Shown piece after piece: positions 58,800-64,000 of a DNA stretch of 64,000 nt. The stretch's first letter is position 1. Each line of letters begins with the position of its first letter. The translations under genes were made by a program, and so were the position numbers. The DNA lies in the NCBI GenBank assembly GCA_018716885.1, contig DVJI01000012.1:78050-142049 (forward strand), written 5' to 3'. The notes beneath the pieces were generated by a model, which was given only the letters and a program-made list of their open reading frames with translations, was not told where the DNA came from and ran no database searches. This stretch comes from Candidatus Enterousia intestinigallinarum (GTDB taxonomy: Bacteria > Pseudomonadota > Alphaproteobacteria > Rs-D84).

Positions 58800-59288
58800 T
58801 TATTGTTGCTGCATTTCTGCAATACGCGCACGCAACGCTTCCAATGCCGCCACCGGATCATCAAAACCCAATACGGATTGTTCCAACGGGCACAGACCGT
58901 CACGGTTCCTGTTCAAAATCCGCGGAACCATTGTGCCGTATGACACCGCGATATTATGCGCGGCCAATAATTCTGCGCCGTCCTGACTCATCAATTCACC
59001 ATAGACCGCGGTCGCCCCGCCATTTATGGCAATAAAGGCCGCCGCACGACCGATTACTTTGTCCACAACCGTTGCGCCAGCCATTTTATCCGCCGCTGTA
59101 TCATACAAATGTAACAGCGGATTTACACCACCGCCACTTTCAAACGCGACTATTTCATTATCACGCACCAATATGCATTCGGCACGGCCGTCCGCAATCA
59201 TTTTCTTGGCCGTATCAACCGCGGAATCGGACGAGCATCCCGCCACCGCGCAAAACGCAACCATAACCAGCGCAATCAGTTTTTTCAT
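58800..59288 (-). CDS. Lipoprotein, hypothetical (162 aa)
   Basis: Lipobox VAGCSS. No function recognised. Confidence 0.5.
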   Translation of the reverse strand: MKKLIALVMVAFCAVAGCSSDSAVDTAKKMIADGRAECILVRDNEIVAFESGGGVNPLLHLYDTAADKMAGATVVDKVIGRAAAFIAINGGATAVYGELMSQDGAELLAAHNIAVSYGTMVPRILNRNRDGLCPLEQSVLGFDDPVAALEALRARIAEMQQQ

Positions 59289-59291
59289 ATT

Positions 59292-60416
59292 TTACTCCTT
59301 TATTTGTGGTGTCAGTTTTATAATTGTTATCTCCGTTGGTGCAAACAGACGCATTTGCGGACCGCCCTGGGAAATTCCACGCGAAACGTACAGGCGCGCA
59401 CCGCCGTCCAAATCATATTCCCCGGCCAGATATGGCGCGTGCAGATACATCAGAAATATAATCGGTATAATCTGGCCGCCGTGTGTATGCCCAGCAATTT
59501 CGAAATCAAACGCGTTTTCACGAAAACTGCCCGGTGTATGTGATGCCAGCAATCTAAATTGCCCCGGCGTGGCATCTGCAAATGTTTTTGCCATATCATA
59601 TCGGTGACCGCTGCGCCGGGACGAATGTATATCCGGAAACCCACCCAAATAGATATCCGATCGCAGGGAAACACCACTGTTTTCCAAAAATGTAAATCCC
59701 AAATTTTTCAGTGCCGCAACCGACGCGTCATATCCGGAATATGTTTCGTGATTGCCGGTGACAAAGTATACGCCATCTGGCGCAGATAAGTTCTGTAACA
59801 GCGCCATATGCGTTGTAATACGTTCCAGTGCGTCATCTATTGTATCGCCCAACAGTATAACGGCATTTGGGTTCTGTGCATTGGTTTTATCGACAATTTT
59901 TTGCACACGGCGCGGCGACATAGTCCGCTGAAAATGCAAGTCGGGCAGGGCGGCAACCGTATATTCCGCCGTAATTTTTGGCGATGTTACGGTTACAACC
60001 CTGACCGCCGGCGTACGCAGTCCCGCATACAATGCGTACGCCCCCATAACAACCGCCACCGCAACTGTCACCAAGTTGACCCGCAGGACAACCGTAATAT
60101 CCATAGGACTAGGCGCCACACCACACAGATACAGAATTATCCAAACCGCATCACGCAACAGCGTTATTGTCATCAATATAATCGCGGTCATATATGTAAA
60201 AGATATTATATTGCAGATAACCGGATATGCGCGCCCCCAGAAATCTTCAAATTCATATCGTCCCAACTGTGGCAAAAATCCAATTCCAGTAAATAGAACC
60301 AGCATTATCAGTTTTCCCCACCAGGGCACATTAGAAAGCATCGCATACCGGACGAACAAAATCCCCATTGCGATAAATCCGATTATAGACGTGCTGGATA
60401 GTACCCCAAAATTCAT
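59292..60416 (-). CDS. Membrane-anchored calcineurin-like metallophosphoesterase
   Basis: N-terminal polytopic membrane region followed by a phosphoesterase domain (GDTIDD, GNHE, GHTHGGQ). Confidence 0.7.
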   Translation of the reverse strand: MNFGVLSSTSIIGFIAMGILFVRYAMLSNVPWWGKLIMLVLFTGIGFLPQLGRYEFEDFWGRAYPVICNIISFTYMTAIILMTITLLRDAVWIILYLCGVAPSPMDITVVLRVNLVTVAVAVVMGAYALYAGLRTPAVRVVTVTSPKITAEYTVAALPDLHFQRTMSPRRVQKIVDKTNAQNPNAVILLGDTIDDALERITTHMALLQNLSAPDGVYFVTGNHETYSGYDASVAALKNLGFTFLENSGVSLRSDIYLGGFPDIHSSRRSGHRYDMAKTFADATPGQFRLLASHTPGSFRENAFDFEIAGHTHGGQIIPIIFLMYLHAPYLAGEYDLDGGARLYVSRGISQGGPQMRLFAPTEITIIKLTPQIKE

Positions 60417-60504
60417 ACTTTCCCCCTGAATTTATTCGCAAAAAATATAGCGATGCTGAAAAAATAAAGCAATAAAAAACCGCCCAAACGGACGGTTAAA
60501 ATCT

Positions 60505-60580
60505 TGGTGGAGCTGATGGGACTCAAACCCACGACCTCTACGATGCGAACGTAGCGCTCTATCAACTGAGCTACAACCCC
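60505..60580 (-). tRNA. tRNA-Ala (anticodon CGC)
   Basis: ggggttgtagctcagttgatagagcgctacgttcgcatcgtag... with a G3:U70 pair typical of tRNA-Ala. Confidence 0.8.
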
Positions 60581-60585
60581 ATAAC

Positions 60586-60672
60586 TGGTGCGGATAAGAG
60601 GACTCGAACCTCCAAGGCATTGCTGCCACTAGTACCTGAAACTAGCGCGTCTACCAATTCCGCCATATCCGC
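60586..60672 (-). tRNA. tRNA-Leu (anticodon CAG)
   Basis: gcggatatggcggaattggtagacgc..., anticodon loop ttcaggt and a long variable arm. It lies 5 nt from tRNA-Ala. Confidence 0.85.
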
Positions 60673-60823
60673 AGGCGTCTGAATATAATATATTATGTTT
60701 AATTATTTTGCAACAAGAAAATCATATTTTGTTCAACTGGAACAAACAAGTAACAATCATCGATAGATAATCTATAAAAACGCTTGCCCTGAAATTTGCA
60801 ATTTTGCTAACATTTAATCAGAG

Positions 60824-63580
60824 ATGAAGAAAATTCTGCATTTTATCGGTATTTTCGCCGTGTGCATTGGCGTCGCCAATGCGGCTGTACGTGATGAAAA
60901 TGCGACGAATCGACAATCTGCAACAACATCTGCATCTCAATCAACAATATCACGCACCGCATCGACCAAGGCCGCCGCCGCACGCAACGTAACCGCGCGC
61001 ACCGCCACGTCACAACCGCTGACATCGCGCACGACACAACAGGGCGCAACAATATCACGCACTGATTCCACAACTGGGCGCAGCGCAACCGCACGTGCGA
61101 CCCAGGCCGTCACCCCAACCACAACGGCGCGCAGTGGCGCGACCGTATCACGCAGTGCGACGGCCGTACCAGCATCGACACGCGGCACAACAACGGCACG
61201 CGGCACAACAACGGCACGCAGTGGTGTGACTGTATCACGTGCCGCGATTGACACTGTTTCCGACGTTGTCGCTGACACGCGCACTGGCGCTGAATACGAG
61301 CAATGTAAAACCGCATATTTCAACTGTATGGATCAATTTTGCCAGTTAAAAAACGATGATTATCGCCGTTGTTCGTGCAGCAACCGCGTATTTGACCTGG
61401 CTGAAACACGCAGCATTATGCAAGACGCCAGTGACCAACTGACCGTATTCACGGAAAACCTGGACGTTGTCGGTATGACCGCGGCCCAAGCGACCGCGAT
61501 GAAAACCGCGACCGAGGGTGAAAATGCCCTGACATCTGACACTTCGGCATCCAAGCAGTTATTACAAGCAATTATGAATTCTATCCGTGGTGACGACGCA
61601 ACTGTTGGCGGAAAATATTCCGACCTGAACAGTATAACTTTGTCATTTGACACGGTGAACGCATTTGGTACCGCTGACGCCGGCCAGATAATTGCGACAT
61701 ATAACGGCCTGAACCTATATAACGCGGTATATCCCCAATGTCGCCAGGCAGTACGTGCCGACTGTACCGACGCACAGCTGCAACGCGCAATAACTGCATA
61801 TCTGATGGCTGTTGAACAAGATTGTAACACTGTTCAATCAGCGCTGGAAAATCAACAGAAACAAATGAAATCCGCCGTCCGCGAAAGCAGTGCTATGCTG
61901 GATTTGGCCCGTGTAGAAAATCGCCAGAATCATAATTCCAGTGATATGGCAACCTGCCTGACCGAAGTTGAAAATGCTATTTTAAGTGAAGAGGTCTGTG
62001 GTGCCGGATATCACAAATGTTTGGACAACGGCGAATTTATCGACGTATCAACCGGGGCGCCAATCGCCGGGGTGGAAAATTTCTATGAACTGGGCAACTT
62101 GTTGAAATTTGCGGATGGGGTTGACGCGGCCGACCAAAAACTGTCCAAGGTTACGTCCAATCGTTCATTTGTGAACAACTTTGAAAATCGTGTAAAAAAA
62201 TTTGCCGAACCTGCACTGGACAAATGTACAGAAATCGCAGATGATGTCTGGGCCGACTATTTGGACAAGGCAATGTTGGACATATACTATGCCCAACAAT
62301 CCAAAGTGAACGAAATTAAACAGGGATGTTTTGATTTTGTGTCGGCCTGTTATATGAACGGCGATACCGCACTGACGGCGGCAATGGCCGAACTGACCGG
62401 CGACGACACGGTTGTATTGCAACCGGACAAGGTTACATTATCCACAGAAATGTGCCGCGATTACATCAATTCGTGCAATATGATGTTCTATGACCAGACC
62501 GACGGTCAAAACATAATTACTGATTATATAAACAACCGCCAGGAAACAGATACTCTTACAGCGTGTCGCGCGGTTGTAAAACAATGCTTTGATAATTTTG
62601 GCGGAACAAATTACGAAAACTTCTATTATCCGTACAGCGGACTGTTCAAAACTGGCGAAGCACTAAAATGGTTCACTCTGTACGAATATGACGAAAACGG
62701 TACTATCAACACAGCCGAACCAGTATCAGAATGTGCAAAGCAGTTGATGGATATTTCATCGTGCAGTTCACCAGATATGATGGTGGCGGCATTTGGTGGA
62801 TTTGATGTCATAACCGCATCCAAGGGCATACACAGCAACGAAACAGTTTATTACTTTGATCCCGATGGTGATTACAAGGAAGACGGAACCGATGGCAAGC
62901 ATAGACGATATGGCCTGTTAGATGACGAAGTAACAGATGGCGTAACGGACAAAAATGGTACTGAAAATACATCTCAACGCATATTGGCGCACCATACGCC
63001 ACGTCCAACGGGTGTTGCGACAGAAATATACAATCAAATTGTCGATACACTGACAACGCAGTGTATGAACGTCCAGGGACGTTTCATAGAATTACAGTTT
63101 ATAAAAACAAATTTATACAACGAAGCCGCCCTGTGCAATGCACAATTTGGTGCATCCATTGAATACGGCGGTTCTGCGACCCCGGGCCAAGTGTCGTTGT
63201 ACCCGAACTTGGTTGAATATTATAAAATCGGTGATAATGAAAATATGTGCCCGCGCGACTATGACCTTAATGTAGATACGCAATCGTGGGGGGCGTGCCT
63301 GTGCTGGGAAAACGGGGGACGACGCAGCAAATACGGGAAAAGCCCGAAATGTGTCGCCGGCATACCAACCGATACCGCACGAAATGATGCCAACTGCACA
63401 GCAGCAGATCTTACATCACCTGTTACTGGAACACCCGGAATTGATAAATGGTGCACAATGCCACTGACGTCTGGGAACCAGGTTTGCCCGATTGGTCTGA
63501 ACGGGGGCAAAGAAGAAAATGAAATGTGCGTGTACGACGGTGAAGAACTGAATAATCTGCCCGAAGGGTTGGGAATCTGA
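60824..63580 (+). CDS. Large secreted protein (918 aa) with a Thr/Ala/Arg/Ser-rich N-terminal low-complexity region and a conserved Cys-containing core; paralog of 21961..24477
   Basis: Signal peptide MKKILHFIGIFAVCIGVANA. N-terminal TTARSGATVSRSATAVPASTRGTTTARGTTTARSG tracts. The core aligns with the 838-aa protein. Confidence 0.65.
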   Translation: MKKILHFIGIFAVCIGVANAAVRDENATNRQSATTSASQSTISRTASTKAAAARNVTARTATSQPLTSRTTQQGATISRTDSTTGRSATARATQAVTPTTTARSGATVSRSATAVPASTRGTTTARGTTTARSGVTVSRAAIDTVSDVVADTRTGAEYEQCKTAYFNCMDQFCQLKNDDYRRCSCSNRVFDLAETRSIMQDASDQLTVFTENLDVVGMTAAQATAMKTATEGENALTSDTSASKQLLQAIMNSIRGDDATVGGKYSDLNSITLSFDTVNAFGTADAGQIIATYNGLNLYNAVYPQCRQAVRADCTDAQLQRAITAYLMAVEQDCNTVQSALENQQKQMKSAVRESSAMLDLARVENRQNHNSSDMATCLTEVENAILSEEVCGAGYHKCLDNGEFIDVSTGAPIAGVENFYELGNLLKFADGVDAADQKLSKVTSNRSFVNNFENRVKKFAEPALDKCTEIADDVWADYLDKAMLDIYYAQQSKVNEIKQGCFDFVSACYMNGDTALTAAMAELTGDDTVVLQPDKVTLSTEMCRDYINSCNMMFYDQTDGQNIITDYINNRQETDTLTACRAVVKQCFDNFGGTNYENFYYPYSGLFKTGEALKWFTLYEYDENGTINTAEPVSECAKQLMDISSCSSPDMMVAAFGGFDVITASKGIHSNETVYYFDPDGDYKEDGTDGKHRRYGLLDDEVTDGVTDKNGTENTSQRILAHHTPRPTGVATEIYNQIVDTLTTQCMNVQGRFIELQFIKTNLYNEAALCNAQFGASIEYGGSATPGQVSLYPNLVEYYKIGDNENMCPRDYDLNVDTQSWGACLCWENGGRRSKYGKSPKCVAGIPTDTARNDANCTAADLTSPVTGTPGIDKWCTMPLTSGNQVCPIGLNGGKEENEMCVYDGEELNNLPEGLGI

Positions 63581-63619
63581 TAACTGCACCGTGTTCGCAA
63601 GTGTGTTCTGGCGCATAAA

Positions 63620-63657
63620 TAAAACGACCGCCGATACAAAGCAGGGCGGTCGTTTTT
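63620..63657. terminator. Bidirectional intrinsic terminator (aaaacgaccgccgatacaaagcagggcggtcgttttt)
   Basis: Hairpin acgaccgcc/ggcggtcgt flanked by A- and T-runs between convergent genes. Confidence 0.6.
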
Positions 63658-63680
63658 CAATTCAATATTTTATTATAAGA

Positions 63681-64000
63681 TTATTTTACTGCACGACGTA
63701 CAGAATCCGCAATCAATGCGGCCGGCGCACCGTCTGGGCGTCGCCATAAATTATCGGCAGATTTTAATGCGGAAATCATTTTTTCACGCACGGACGGTAT
63801 AGTCAGTTGTTGCACGGCATCCAAAATATTTTCCGATGTTGCATCCGTTCCCAGATATTCTGGATATATGCCACGTTTTAACAGAATATTTACCAGCGAC
63901 ACCCAATTCACACGAATTACCTGGCGAACCAGCCACGTCGTTATCGGATTCATTTTGTACATTACAATCGCCGGAATATGCAACATCGCCAGTTCCGCCG
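63681..64000 (-). CDS. C-terminal part of a protein that continues beyond the window end (possibly lipid-A-disaccharide synthase LpxB)
   Basis: The frame stays open to the window edge. The C-terminus ...KRGIYPEYLGTDATSENILDAVQQLTIP...ALIADSVRRAVK resembles LpxB C-termini. This is a weak call. Confidence 0.35.
   Translation of the reverse strand, partial: AELAMLHIPAIVMYKMNPITTWLVRQVIRVNWVSLVNILLKRGIYPEYLGTDATSENILDAVQQLTIPSVREKMISALKSADNLWRRPDGAPAALIADSVRRAVK

Noticed and set aside
1-64000. Search for integrase, transposase, phage, CRISPR or toxin-antitoxin signatures, especially near the six tRNA genes
   Set aside because: No recombinase, transposase or Cas-like translations were seen in any frame. 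No direct-repeat and spacer arrays are present. The tRNA-flanking genes are housekeeping or lineage-specific secreted proteins rather than mobile-element cargo.

Overview
This window looks like a chromosomal segment from a host-associated alphaproteobacterium of moderate GC content. Two lineage markers support this: a GcrA cell-cycle regulator and a conserved alphaproteobacterial XRE-family HTH regulator. A glycine-zipper lipoprotein of the SlyB / 17-kDa-antigen type is also present. Housekeeping genes are dense and recognisable: rpsP-rimM-trmD-rplS, a Glu/Leu/Phe/Val dehydrogenase, phosphofructokinase, secA, dnaK, rplY, rsmD, tadA, gpmI, dnaE-rsmH, ybgC-tolQ-tolR-tolA-like, ruvB, an OmpR/EnvZ-type two-component pair, argS, rplM-rpsI, tig, thyA, rpsA, adk-like, corA, acpS, gcrA, a CpaA-type prepilin peptidase and rfbA. 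I also found an RNase P RNA (rnpB) in a stretch the ORF track reads as small spurious ORFs, and six tRNAs (Gly, Pro, Val, Leu-TAA, Ala-CGC, Leu-CAG). Many intergenic regions carry clean intrinsic terminators sharing an 'acggggca..tgccccgt' core. I see no integrase, transposase, phage or CRISPR signals. The unusual content is a dispersed set of secreted, cysteine-rich proteins with no recognisable family, some of them paralogous. They include a 1268-aa C/S/T/G-rich protein built from long internal repeats with CxxC motifs, and a paralogous 838-aa / 918-aa pair with Thr/Ala/Arg/Ser-rich N-termini. There is a four-gene secreted cluster directly downstream of the prepilin peptidase, and a 159-aa Cys-rich protein with a truncated second copy elsewhere. 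A 796-aa single-transmembrane coiled-coil / Pro-Glu-rich protein sits next to gcrA. I read these as a lineage-specific surface or host-interaction repertoire, but that is inference from sequence features only.
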